A program made the translations under genes and the position numbers. From assembly GCA_045638145.1 (NCBI GenBank), contig JAZUAU010000027.1, positions 70,496-134,495 of the forward strand: 64,000 nt of DNA. Reading direction: 5' to 3'. Below the pieces are notes generated by a model, which did not search any database, was not told the DNA's origin, and worked only from the letters and a program-made list of their open reading frames with translations. Shown here piece by piece: positions 15,437 through 24,858 of the stretch; position 1 is the stretch's first letter, and every line of letters begins with the position of its first letter. The stretch comes from Acutalibacteraceae bacterium. GTDB lineage: Bacteria; Bacillota; Clostridia; Oscillospirales; Acutalibacteraceae.

Positions 15437-16115
15437 TTTTTATCTCCTTTACTGACAGTAGTCTACTCGTTCTTTTTAGTTCTTCGGGTAGATGGCTGTC
15501 ATCGTTTGCAAATTCTATGTGGAAACCCTTTTCATCCTTTGTAATGAGGGTTACGGCGGTATTGCGCGACCACTCTGTGAAACACAGCATTTCAATGTCA
15601 TTATACAAAAGGCGGCAAAGCAGGGTTCTTGTTGCCGCACCGTGAGATGCAATAAGCAGGGTTTTTCCCTCGTTGTCGGGGTCGTTTGCGAGTGTGTTCA
15701 GCCCCTGCCACATTCGGTCATAAACCTCTCGCATACTCTCTCCCTTTTCGGGAGCAAAATCATAAAGGCGGTTATCCCACATATCGTAAAAATCGGGGTA
15801 TCTTTCGGCAATTTCCGCAAATGGCATTCCGTCGATTACCCCTGCGTTTATTTCGGCAAAATGAGGGTCTTTTACAACCTCGATATTCTTGTCATCTACT
15901 GCGGCAAGTGCTGTTTTATAAGCGCGGATTAAGGGTGATGAATAGGCTTTATCTATATGAATAGCCGAAAAGCGTTTTTTAAGATATTTGAGCTGGCGTG
16001 CTCCGTCCTCACTTATATCGCAATCGGTATGTCCCTGAAAGGCTTTTTTGCGGTTTCCTGCCGCTTCGCAGTGTCGAACAATATATATCTTAATCAATTT
16101 ATGCACCTCGCACAT
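15378..16115 (-). CDS. Histidine phosphatase family protein (phosphoglycerate mutase-like)
   Basis: 'IYIVRHCEAAGN' (RHG-type motif) and 'ASHGAATR'. The 3' end overlaps ruvX by 59 nt. Confidence 0.8.
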   Translation of the reverse strand: MCEVHKLIKIYIVRHCEAAGNRKKAFQGHTDCDISEDGARQLKYLKKRFSAIHIDKAYSSPLIRAYKTALAAVDDKNIEVVKDPHFAEINAGVIDGMPFAEIAERYPDFYDMWDNRLYDFAPEKGESMREVYDRMWQGLNTLANDPDNEGKTLLIASHGAATRTLLCRLLYNDIEMLCFTEWSRNTAVTLITKDEKGFHIEFANDDSHLPEELKRTSRLLSVKEIKNENYVGRPRKSEDGHCPFG

Positions 16116-16206
16116 AAAATTATATACTATTCGCTTCTTTTTTACAAGGCGGAACTATTGAAAAATTGTCGAAATGGTGTTATTATTTAGAAAATAAATC
16201 AATGAG

Positions 16207-17253
16207 GTGGTAAAATTGATTAAAAAGTATCTTAACAGACTCTTTATTGACGGACTTTCCGGTATGGCTTCGGGCCTTTTTGCGACCCTCATTATCGGAA
16301 CGATTATTGCCCAGGTCGGCAAGCTTATAGGCGGAGACGTAGGAATCTATCTTTCGGCTATCGGCGGCTTTGCAAAGACTTTAACCGGCGCCGGTATCGG
16401 TGTTGGCGTTGCGGCAAGACTTGGCGCGGCTCCCCTCGTTACCGTTTCGGCAGGAGTTGCAGGTCTTATCGGTGCATTCCCCGACATTACGAAGGCTGCC
16501 TTTGCAATGGGCGCTCCCGGTGAGCCTCTCGGTGCTTTCGTTGCGGCTTACGTGGCTATTGAGCTCGGCTCTTTAGTTGCAGGCAGAACAAAGGTTGATA
16601 TAATCGTTACCCCCATCGTTGCAATCCTGACGGGCGGTATTGCGGGTCTTTTCCTCGGAAAGCCCATATCTTCCTTTATGGCAGGAATCGGCGCGCTTGT
16701 AAACTTTGGTGTTGAGCAGCAGCCCATCCTTTGCGGAATTATCGTTTCTGTTATTATGGGTATCTGCCTTACTCTCCCGATTTCCTCTGCCGCTATCGGT
16801 ATTTCGCTTAAGCTCTCAGGCCTTGCCGCAGGCGCCGCCGTTGCAGGCTGCTGTGCAAATATGATTGGCTTTGCCGTTGCTTCCTACCGTGATAACAAGG
16901 TCGGCGGTCTTATCTCGCAGGGTATCGGAACTTCTATGCTCCAGATGCCCAATATCGTTCGCAAGCCTATTATCTGGGTACCTGCTATCGTCGCTTCGGC
17001 TATTACGGGACCCCTGTCATCAGCTCTTCTCGGTATGGTATCAACCGCTACCGGCTCGGGTATGGGAACTGCAGGACTTGTTGGTCCTATTGAAACATAT
17101 TTCGCAATGACCGCTGCAGGCTCATCTGCAGGTGTTGCTCTTCTTGAAATTGCCGCTATTCACTTCGTTATCCCCGGAATTATCGCTCTCGGAGTATGTG
17201 AGGGTATGAGAAAGCTCGGCTGGATTCGAAACGGCGATATGAAGCTCCGCTGA
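16207..17253 (+). CDS. PTS EIIC-like (PfoR/COG3641-type) polytopic membrane protein
   Basis: Gly/Ala-rich multi-TM protein starting 'LIKKYLNRLFIDGLSGMASGLFATLIIGTI'. An alternative TTG start at 16216 has better spacing to the GAGGTG RBS. Confidence 0.55.
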   Translation: MVKLIKKYLNRLFIDGLSGMASGLFATLIIGTIIAQVGKLIGGDVGIYLSAIGGFAKTLTGAGIGVGVAARLGAAPLVTVSAGVAGLIGAFPDITKAAFAMGAPGEPLGAFVAAYVAIELGSLVAGRTKVDIIVTPIVAILTGGIAGLFLGKPISSFMAGIGALVNFGVEQQPILCGIIVSVIMGICLTLPISSAAIGISLKLSGLAAGAAVAGCCANMIGFAVASYRDNKVGGLISQGIGTSMLQMPNIVRKPIIWVPAIVASAITGPLSSALLGMVSTATGSGMGTAGLVGPIETYFAMTAAGSSAGVALLEIAAIHFVIPGIIALGVCEGMRKLGWIRNGDMKLR

Positions 17254-17885
17254 TGACCAAAAAGGAACGTGCCGCCGCGGCAGTAGCTCTTTTAGAAAAA
17301 GAATACCCCGACGCTATATGCTCGCTCGACTACTCCGACCCATTTCAGCTTCTCTGTGCTACCCGTCTTTCGGCTCAGTGCACCGATGCGAGGGTAAATA
17401 TGGTAACCCCTGCCCTTTTTTCTGAATTTCCGACGGCAGAGGCTATGGCAACGGCTCCGCTCGAGAGGGTTGAGGAGCTTATTGCTTCCTGCGGTCTTTA
17501 TAAAACAAAGGCGAAGGACCTTGTCGGAATAGGCAAAAGTATTACCGAGCGTTTTGGCGGCAGAGTGCCCGATACTATTGAGGAATTAACCTCACTTCCC
17601 GGTGTCGGCAGAAAAACGGCGAATCTCGTCGTCGGTGACGTTTACGGCAAGCCTGCCGTTGTTTGCGATACTCATTTTATCCGAATCGTAAACCGAATCG
17701 GTCTTACCGATAAAACCGACCCTGCAAGGGTTGAAGCCGAGCTTCGCGCAATTCTTCCGCCCCTGAAATCAAATGATTTTTGCCACCGCACCGTGCTTCA
17801 CGGAAGGAACGTTTGCACCGCACGCAAAGCTTTTTGCGAAAAATGTGTGCTTAAAGATATTTGTAAAAAGGTAAAGGTAAAATGA
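17253..17885 (+). CDS. nth: Endonuclease III
   Basis: HhH-GPD 'LPGVGRKTANLVVGD' and a C-terminal C-x6-C-x2-C-x5-C cluster ('CTARKAFCEKCVLKDIC'). Confidence 0.9.
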   Translation: MTKKERAAAAVALLEKEYPDAICSLDYSDPFQLLCATRLSAQCTDARVNMVTPALFSEFPTAEAMATAPLERVEELIASCGLYKTKAKDLVGIGKSITERFGGRVPDTIEELTSLPGVGRKTANLVVGDVYGKPAVVCDTHFIRIVNRIGLTDKTDPARVEAELRAILPPLKSNDFCHRTVLHGRNVCTARKAFCEKCVLKDICKKVKVK

Positions 17886-18586
17886 GGGAGTTTTATAAAA
17901 GAACCGAGGCTCTTCTCGGCGAGGATGCCGTAAACAAACTGAAAAATGCACACGTTGCCATTTTCGGTGTTGGCGGTGTAGGCTCGGCTGCGCTTGAGGG
18001 TTTAGTCCGCAGCGGTGTTGGAAATATTGACCTTTTCGACCACGATACCATCTCCCCCTCTAACCTTAACCGCCAGCTTATGACCCACAGCGAGAATATT
18101 GGCGAGCCAAAAGTCGAAGAAGCAGCAAAGAGGGCTCTACTTATAAACCCCGAGGCTAATATTACCACCCATCCCGTTTTTTATCTGCCCGATACGGCAG
18201 AGCAGGTGGACCTTTCAAAATATGATTATATTATCGACGCAGTCGACACCCTAACCGCAAAACTACTCCTTGTAGAACGTGCAAGGGCGGCAGATGTGCC
18301 GATAATATCCTCTATGGGAACAGGAAATAAGACCGATATAACGCGGCTTTGTGTCAGTGATATTAAAAATACCGAGATTTGCCCCCTTGCTCGCAGAATG
18401 AGAAAGGAACTGAAGGAGCGCGGAATCGACCATCTTCTCTGTGTGTGGTCGGATGAAAAACCGCACAGTGCCGCCGATACAGGCGAACTAAAGGGCGATC
18501 GCCCCGCCCCCGCAAGTGCCATCTTTGTTCCTGCCGCAGCAGGACTTCTCCTCGCAAAAGAGGTAATAGAATATTTATCGAAATAG
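17882..18586 (+). CDS. tcdA: tRNA threonylcarbamoyladenosine dehydratase (ThiF/E1-like)
   Basis: 'VAIFGVGGVGSAALEGLVRSGVGNIDLFDHDTISPSNLNRQ'. Confidence 0.85.
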   Translation: MREFYKRTEALLGEDAVNKLKNAHVAIFGVGGVGSAALEGLVRSGVGNIDLFDHDTISPSNLNRQLMTHSENIGEPKVEEAAKRALLINPEANITTHPVFYLPDTAEQVDLSKYDYIIDAVDTLTAKLLLVERARAADVPIISSMGTGNKTDITRLCVSDIKNTEICPLARRMRKELKERGIDHLLCVWSDEKPHSAADTGELKGDRPAPASAIFVPAAAGLLLAKEVIEYLSK

Positions 18587-18637
18587 AAAACAGCCACCAT
18601 CTGTTAGGGTGACTGTTTAGCCGCTAAACAATAGTAA

Positions 18638-18669
18638 GGGTCGATGTGGACATCGACCCTTTTAATTTT
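18638..18669 (+). terminator. Rho-independent terminator after tcdA
   Basis: GGGTCGATG-tgga-CATCGACCC followed by TTTTAATTTT. Confidence 0.8.
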
Positions 18670-18810
18670 CCGGAAACTATAGGGAGCGTTGTAAACGTGG
18701 ACCCGTCATATCTATGGTGCAGTACACAAAAGTGGTAAATTAATGATTGCGACACATATAAAAAACTAATTACTTAAAATAACCTTTGATTGCAGACTGA
18801 GGCTACGAGC

Positions 18811-18847
18811 AGGCTGGCAGTTGCGCCCCCCTTTCCCCCTTCCCTAA
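18811..18847 (+). repeat. GC-rich dispersed intergenic motif AGGCTGGC..GCGCCCC(C)TTTCCC..CTAA (second copy at 59740..59772)
   Basis: Hand alignment of the two loci. Both lie just upstream of a promoter/leader region. Confidence 0.45.
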
Positions 18848-18854
18848 AAAATGC

Positions 18855-18883
18855 TTGCATTTTTATATAATAGGTGTTAAAAT
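18855..18883 (+). promoter_or_regulatory. Sigma-A promoter of the pheST leader
   Basis: TTGCAT, 17-nt spacer, TAAAAT. Confidence 0.55.
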
Positions 18884-18889
18884 AATTCT

Positions 18890-19140
18890 GTTCAAATGCA
18901 TTGACGAAGAAAAGTAGTCGGAAATGTCAGTCCAAAGAGAGCGGCGCCGTGGCTGAAAGCGCTGTGTCAGGTCTTCCGATGAAGTTCCCTTCCGAGCAGC
19001 GAGACTGAATTTCCAGTAGGTCGCGACGGCAGACACCGTTATAAGTCACCGGAGTGTTGGCTCTATGCTAAAATCGTGGTGGTACCGCGGAGTTTTGTTT
19101 ATCAAGGCTTCGTCCTCGAAAATGAGGACGGGTCTTTTTT
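18890..19140 (+). promoter_or_regulatory. T-box leader (Phe) with terminator, controlling pheST
   Basis: Conserved T-box 'AATCGTGGTGGTACCGCGG' at 19071..19090. AGAGA bulge. UUC codons in 'GAAGTTCCCTTCCGAG'. Terminator CGTCCTC-gaaaat-GAGGACG followed by a T-run. Confidence 0.8.
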
Positions 19141-19170
19141 ATTTTATAAAACCTTTTAGGAGGAACAAAT

Positions 19171-20190
19171 ATGAAAACTCAGCTCGAACAGATAAGAGCG
19201 GCAGCGCTTGCTGCAATACATGACGCTGCTGACGGAAAAGCCGTTGAGGAGCTTCGCGTAAAATACTTAGGTAAAAAGGGTGAAATCACCGCAATACTCA
19301 AGCAGATGGGCTCCCTCTCCGCCGAAGAGCGTCCCGTTATGGGTCAGCTTGCAAACGAGGTAAGAGGGGCTATTGAGTCTGCTATTGCCGAGTCGGCAGA
19401 AAAGATGAAAGCTCAGGCACTTGAGGCGCAGTTAAAGGCCGAAACGGTTGATATTACAATGCCCGCAAAAAATAGAACCGTTGGCTCTCTCCACCCCATC
19501 AACAAGGTTGCAAACGACCTTATCGACATTTTCCAGTCGATGGGCTTCGATGTTGTTGATGGACCCGAGGTTGAGACCGATTACTATAACTTTGAGGCTC
19601 TGAACGTACCTGCCGACCATCCCGCACGTGATATGCAGGACACCTTTTTCCTAAATCCCACCCTTCTTCTCCGGTCGCAGACCTCTGCGACCCAGATAAG
19701 AACTATGGAAAACCGCCAGCCGCCTATTAAAATGGTCTGCCCCGGTCGAGTTTTCCGCGCTGACGAGGTTGATGCAACCCACTCTCCCGTTTTCCACCAG
19801 ATGGAGGGTCTTGTTGTTGATAAGGGAATCACAATGTGTGACCTCAAGGGTGTTCTTGAGCAGTTTGCCCACGAGATTTACGGACCAGACACAAAGGTTA
19901 AGTTCCGTCCTTCCTTCTTCCCCTTTACCGAGCCCAGCGTAGAGGTTGACGTTTCCTGCTCGGAATGTGGCGGAAAGGGCTGCCGCGTATGTAAGGGCAG
20001 CGGTTGGATAGAGATTCTTGGCGCAGGTATGGTGCACCCGAATGTACTCCGTGGCTGTGGAATTGATCCCGAGGTTTATTCAGGCTTTGCCTTTGGTGTT
20101 GGCATCGACCGCCTTGCAATCACACGTTATAAAATCAGCGATATTCGTTTGCTTTTCGAAAACGATGTTCGATTCCTTGAACAGTTTTAA
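19171..20190 (+). CDS. pheS: Phenylalanine--tRNA ligase alpha subunit
   Basis: Class II motifs ('FRADEVDATHSPVFHQMEG', 'GFAFGVGIDRLA'). Confidence 0.95.
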   Translation: MKTQLEQIRAAALAAIHDAADGKAVEELRVKYLGKKGEITAILKQMGSLSAEERPVMGQLANEVRGAIESAIAESAEKMKAQALEAQLKAETVDITMPAKNRTVGSLHPINKVANDLIDIFQSMGFDVVDGPEVETDYYNFEALNVPADHPARDMQDTFFLNPTLLLRSQTSATQIRTMENRQPPIKMVCPGRVFRADEVDATHSPVFHQMEGLVVDKGITMCDLKGVLEQFAHEIYGPDTKVKFRPSFFPFTEPSVEVDVSCSECGGKGCRVCKGSGWIEILGAGMVHPNVLRGCGIDPEVYSGFAFGVGIDRLAITRYKISDIRLLFENDVRFLEQF

Positions 20191-20209
20191 GAAAGGGGGA
20201 TAAAGACTC

Positions 20210-22597
20210 ATGAAAATTTCACTTAATCAGTTAAAAGCCTATGTTGATATCGACGTACCCGTTACCGAGCTTTGCGATAAAATGGTTATGGCAGGCTTCG
20301 AGGTTGAGGAATGTATCAACCTTGCAGACACCTGTAAAAATGTTGTTGCCGCTCGTATTTTATCCTTAGCACCCCATGAAAACAGCGACCACCTTCAGAT
20401 TTGTCAGATGGATATTGGTACAGGTGAGCCCGTGCAGATTGTAACAGGTGCAGACAATGTATTTGTCGGCGCACTCGTTCCTGCCGCACTTGATAACTCT
20501 GACCTTCCGAACGGAATGCATATTAAAAAGGGTAAGCTTCGTGGCGTTGAGTCAAACGGTATGCTTTGCTCAGGCGAGGAGCTCGGTCTTAAGGAGTCCG
20601 ACTACCCTGGTGCAGAGGTTTACGGTATCCTTATCCTCAAGGATGAACACCCCGTCGGTACCGATATGAAGGACATCCTCGGTCTTGACGACTATATAAT
20701 CGACTTCAAGATTACCGCTAACCGCCCCGACTGTAACTGCGTTCTCGGTGTTGCAAAGGAAATCAGCGTAGTGCTTAAAAAGCCCTTTAACCCCCCTGTG
20801 CCGAAGTACGAAACGGTTGGCGGCGATATTAACGATTATGTTTCTGTTGAGGTTCGCAATTTCGACATTTGTCCCCGTTATATCAGCCGTGCCGTTAAGA
20901 ATCTTCGCATTAAGGAATCTCCCGATTGGATGAAGAGAGCACTCAAGGCTTCGGGTATGCGCCCCATCAACAATATTGTTGACATTACAAACTTCGTAAT
21001 GCTCGAAACGGGTCAGCCTATGCACGCCTTTGACCGCAGAGATATTAAGGACTCTAAAATCGTTGTTCGCAACGCCTTTGAGGGCGAAAAGCTTACCACC
21101 CTTGATGAGAAGGAGCACACTTTAACTTCCGATATGCTGGTTATCGCCGATGCAGAAAACGCAACCGGTCTTGCAGGAATTATGGGTGGCTTAAACTCCG
21201 AAATTAAGGAAGACACCACCGAGCTTCTCTTTGAATCGGCTAAATTCCGCCGCGACTCTGTTCGTAAAACGGGACGCGCACTCGGTATCCGCACCGAATC
21301 GAGCGGACGCTACGAGAGAGGAATCGATATAAATAACACTATGTACGCTATGGAACGCGCGTTACAGCTCGTGTACGAGCTTGATGCAGGCGATATTGTT
21401 GACGGCGTAATTGACTTGAACGAGGGACTTCCCGAGGACAGAATTATCGAAACCACCGCAGAGGGAATTACCTCTTTACTCGGCGTTGACGTACCTAAGG
21501 ACACCATAGTTGAAATTCTTAATAGACTTGAGCTTCCCTGCACCGCCCACGGAGATAAGCTGACCGTCCGCGTACCCTCAATACGTGACGATGTTGAGGG
21601 CAGAGCCGACCTTGCAGAAGAGGTTATGAGAATTTACGGCTACGACCACATTGTAGGCACTCCCATGCGCGGTACGCTTACCCGTGGTCGCAAGACTCCC
21701 GACCGCATAAAGGATGACACCGTAAAGGCGGCTATGATTTCTGCAGGCGCCAGAGAGATTGCAACCTATTCCTTCATCGCAAGCCGTGCTATCGATAATC
21801 TTCTCCTCGATGAAAATGATGAGAGAAGACGCGCTGTAAAGATTCTAAACCCCCTCGGCGATGAATATTCCACAATGAGAACACAGCTTACAACAAATAT
21901 GCTGACCGTTCTCGCTACAAACTTTAACCGCAAGAACGAAGATGTAAGACTCTTTGAAATCAGCCGCCGCTTCGTACCGAAGGCGCTCCCCCTCACCGAG
22001 GCACCCTTAGAGCTTGCAACGATGTCTGTCGGTTGTTACGGCAAGGACGAGGACTTCTTCACAATGAAAGGTATGCTCGAGGGACTCGCAGAGACTATGG
22101 GTGTTAGCTTCACCTATGAAAGAAGCACCGAACCCTACCTCCACCCCGGCAGACAGGCCACCGCACTTATGAACGGTGAGGCTGTTGCGGTATTCGGCGA
22201 GGTCCATCCCACCGTTGCTGCAAAGTACGACCTTGACTGCAAGGTATACGTTGCCGAGGTTAAGCTCGACCGTATCTATGCGGCAGAGGTTAAGCCCATC
22301 ATTTACAAGGCTCTTCCCAAATTCCCCGCAGTTACCCGCGACTTTGCACTCCTTGCAGACATCGACCTTCCCGTTGGCGTTATGATGGATACCATCCGCG
22401 CAGCCGCAGGCAAAACTTGTGAAAAGGTTGAGCTTTTCGATGTTTATATCGGTTCACAGATTCCCGAAGGCAAGAAGAGCGTTGCCTTCACCGTTGCTCT
22501 CCGCTCTATGGAATCAACCCTTACCGATGAGCAAATCGAGAGCGTAACCAAGAAAATTATCAAAAAACTCGCCGAAATCGGTGCAAATTTAAGATAA
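20210..22597 (+). CDS. pheT: Phenylalanine--tRNA ligase beta subunit
   Basis: 795 aa with tRNA-binding, B3/4, B5 and FDX-ACB-like regions. Directly follows pheS. Confidence 0.95.
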   Translation: MKISLNQLKAYVDIDVPVTELCDKMVMAGFEVEECINLADTCKNVVAARILSLAPHENSDHLQICQMDIGTGEPVQIVTGADNVFVGALVPAALDNSDLPNGMHIKKGKLRGVESNGMLCSGEELGLKESDYPGAEVYGILILKDEHPVGTDMKDILGLDDYIIDFKITANRPDCNCVLGVAKEISVVLKKPFNPPVPKYETVGGDINDYVSVEVRNFDICPRYISRAVKNLRIKESPDWMKRALKASGMRPINNIVDITNFVMLETGQPMHAFDRRDIKDSKIVVRNAFEGEKLTTLDEKEHTLTSDMLVIADAENATGLAGIMGGLNSEIKEDTTELLFESAKFRRDSVRKTGRALGIRTESSGRYERGIDINNTMYAMERALQLVYELDAGDIVDGVIDLNEGLPEDRIIETTAEGITSLLGVDVPKDTIVEILNRLELPCTAHGDKLTVRVPSIRDDVEGRADLAEEVMRIYGYDHIVGTPMRGTLTRGRKTPDRIKDDTVKAAMISAGAREIATYSFIASRAIDNLLLDENDERRRAVKILNPLGDEYSTMRTQLTTNMLTVLATNFNRKNEDVRLFEISRRFVPKALPLTEAPLELATMSVGCYGKDEDFFTMKGMLEGLAETMGVSFTYERSTEPYLHPGRQATALMNGEAVAVFGEVHPTVAAKYDLDCKVYVAEVKLDRIYAAEVKPIIYKALPKFPAVTRDFALLADIDLPVGVMMDTIRAAAGKTCEKVELFDVYIGSQIPEGKKSVAFTVALRSMESTLTDEQIESVTKKIIKKLAEIGANLR

Positions 22598-22675
22598 TTT
22601 TCATTTTATGCTTGTATTATTCATAAATATAAGATAAAATATAAAGGTACACTAACAAAGAAAAGAGGCAGGACA

Positions 22676-22921
22676 ATGCTTGACAGAACTCAAACATTTT
22701 CACTCGGTACAGACCAGGAGCAGGAAATCAGAAATATTCTGCTCACGGTTTATGATGCTTTGAAGGAAAAGGGCTACAATCCTATCAACCAGATTGTCGG
22801 CTACATTCTTTCGGAAGACCCCACCTATATCACAACCCACAACAACGCGAGAAATTTAATCCGCAGAGTTGACCGTGATACCCTGCTTCAGAATTTAGTT
22901 AAGTATTATCTGACCCATTAA
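22676..22921 (+). CDS. ireB: IreB-family regulatory phosphoprotein (UPF0297/YrzL)
   Basis: '[52 protein letters not shown]'. Confidence 0.85.
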   Translation: MLDRTQTFSLGTDQEQEIRNILLTVYDALKEKGYNPINQIVGYILSEDPTYITTHNNARNLIRRVDRDTLLQNLVKYYLTH

Positions 22922-22982
22922 TTATTTTGCGGATCGGACTCTGGTCCGGTCCGCATTTTTACTAATTTGCGAGGTAAAGAAT

Positions 22983-23954
22983 ATGAATTTTACACCTGCA
23001 GGACCAAACGGCCTTGTTGATTGCTTTTTGCTGGTAAAGACGGCAGACAAAAAGACCTCTTCGAAGGGCGACTGCTATCTTGATATGATGTTGTCCGACA
23101 AGAGCGGCGAGATTAACGCCAAGCTTTGGAGCTATGTTCCCGCCGTTCACGGGGAGTATGAATCGGGCGACATTGTTAAAATACGCGGCACCGTCAGCCA
23201 GTACAACGGCAATCCTCAGCTTCGCGTTGAGAAAATAAGAAGAGCCTTCCCCGAGGATGGCGTTGACCCCGCAGACTTTGTGCAGTCGAGCGAATATTCG
23301 GGCGAGCAAATGTGGCAGGAGCTTTATAATAAGGCATCATCTTTTAAGGATAATGACCTTCGTGCAATCGTTACCTCACTCCTTCAGGAGCACAAGGAAA
23401 AACTTCTTTTCTGGCCCGCCGCCTTCCGTCTGCATCACGCAATCAGAAGCGGACTTTTAATGCACACCCTCTCTATCGTTAAGCTTTGTGAGTCAGCATC
23501 GGAGATTTATCCCTTTGTCGACCGCGAGCTGCTCATTTCGGGCGCAATTCTTCACGATATTGCAAAGCTTACCGAGTTTGAAATTTCTTCAGCAGGTCTT
23601 GCAACGGGCTATACCGTAAAAGGCAACCTCATCGGCCACCTTGCCGAGGGCGCTATAATGATAAAGCACACGGCAGAAAAGCTTGGGATTGAATCCGATA
23701 CGGTAATGCTTCTTCAGCATATGGTGCTCTCACACCACGGTGAGCCTGATTTTGGCGCCGCAGTCCGCCCCATGTTTATTGAGGCAGAGCTGCTCTCGGA
23801 GCTTGATATGATGGATGCCCGCATTTACGAGATGCGCGAGGCTACCGCAGATACAGCAAAGGGTGAATTCTCGGGCAGAATGTGGTCTATGGATAACCGC
23901 AAGCTTTATAATCACGGAAGAGATGAGTTGGATAAAACGGTTAAACTCTTTTAA
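22983..23954 (+). CDS. yhaM: 3'-5' exoribonuclease YhaM (OB-fold plus HD domain)
   Basis: N-terminal OB fold ('GDIVKIRGTVSQYNGNPQL') and HD domain ('HHAIRSGLLMHTL...ILHDIAK...LSHHG'). Confidence 0.8.
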   Translation: MNFTPAGPNGLVDCFLLVKTADKKTSSKGDCYLDMMLSDKSGEINAKLWSYVPAVHGEYESGDIVKIRGTVSQYNGNPQLRVEKIRRAFPEDGVDPADFVQSSEYSGEQMWQELYNKASSFKDNDLRAIVTSLLQEHKEKLLFWPAAFRLHHAIRSGLLMHTLSIVKLCESASEIYPFVDRELLISGAILHDIAKLTEFEISSAGLATGYTVKGNLIGHLAEGAIMIKHTAEKLGIESDTVMLLQHMVLSHHGEPDFGAAVRPMFIEAELLSELDMMDARIYEMREATADTAKGEFSGRMWSMDNRKLYNHGRDELDKTVKLF

Positions 23955-23980
23955 TAATAATCACGAAAGGATTGATAATA

Positions 23981-24190
23981 ATGGCAGACATTAAAATTAC
24001 AAAGGATATGTGCATCGGAGACGTTCTTGATATGGACGTAGGATGCGCAGAGTACTTCTTCGAAATCGGAATGCATTGTCTTGGCTGTCCCGCTTCTCGA
24101 GGCGAGACCATCGAGCAGGCTTGCGAGGTTCACGGAACCGACGTAGAGGCTCTTCTCGAAAAACTAAACAACTTCTTCGCAAACAAATAA
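23981..24190 (+). CDS. DUF1858-type (hybrid-cluster-protein-associated redox disulfide) small protein
   Basis: 'ITKDMCIGDVLDMDVGCAEYFFEIGMHCLGCPASRGETIEQAC'. ATG with AAAGGA RBS. Confidence 0.7.
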   Translation: MADIKITKDMCIGDVLDMDVGCAEYFFEIGMHCLGCPASRGETIEQACEVHGTDVEALLEKLNNFFANK

Positions 24191-24858
24191 TGCGAACCCC
24201 GTCCGTTCGACTTAGTACTATCGAGGCCCTGATACCGAAAGGTGTCAGGGTTGCTGATATCGGCACCGACCACGGTCATCTGCCGATTTCTTTAATAAAA
24301 TCGGGCAGATGTGAACGAGTAATCGCTTGTGACATCAGGGAAAAACCCCTCGATAACGCCCGGGAAAATATAAAAAAGACTGCCACCGAGGGAATTGAGC
24401 TTCGCCTTGGCGACGGTCTTTCACCCGTTTTACCATGCGAGGTTGATTATATCGTCATCGCAGGAATGGGCGGAGAGGTAATCTCGGGCATTTTAGAGGC
24501 GGCAGATTGGGTAAAAGCCCCCGAATATACCCTCCTTCTTCAGCCAATGACCTCGGCAGATGCCCTGAGGCGCTACCTCTCGGAAAATCTATTTGAAATA
24601 AAAAGCGAATCCGCAGTTTTTGATGCGGGCAAGCTCTATACCGTTATAGAAACGGTTTACTCGGGCGAAGCACAGCCCACTGGCGAGGCTTTTTACCGAA
24701 TCGGCAAGCTTGATTCAGCCGACACCACCGCCCATAATTACATAGAAAAACAGATTAAAATAGTTAAAAAATGTGTGTCCGACCTATCCCTTGCAGGAAA
24801 GCCCGAGGAAGCGGCGCGCTATCAGGCACTTCTTGAAGAAATGGAGAAGAGAATTTAA
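24190..24858 (+). CDS. trmK: tRNA (adenine22-N1)-methyltransferase TrmK
   Basis: Internal Met 'MRTPSVRLSTIEALIPKGVRVADIGTDHGHLPISL', with TAATG overlap to the preceding stop. The longer listed ORF extension is Arg-rich nonsense. Confidence 0.85.
   Translation: MRTPSVRLSTIEALIPKGVRVADIGTDHGHLPISLIKSGRCERVIACDIREKPLDNARENIKKTATEGIELRLGDGLSPVLPCEVDYIVIAGMGGEVISGILEAADWVKAPEYTLLLQPMTSADALRRYLSENLFEIKSESAVFDAGKLYTVIETVYSGEAQPTGEAFYRIGKLDSADTTAHNYIEKQIKIVKKCVSDLSLAGKPEEAARYQALLEEMEKRI

Noticed and set aside
20570-21118. 182-aa minus-strand ORF inside pheT, and other antisense ORFs in pheS/pheT
   Set aside because: They are antisense to highly conserved aminoacyl-tRNA synthetase genes and have no supporting signals.
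24043-24189. N-terminal 49-aa extension of trmK in the ORF track
   Set aside because: It is an Arg/Ser-rich nonsense peptide that fully overlaps the DUF1858 gene in another frame. The conserved TrmK N-terminus begins at the ATG at 24190.
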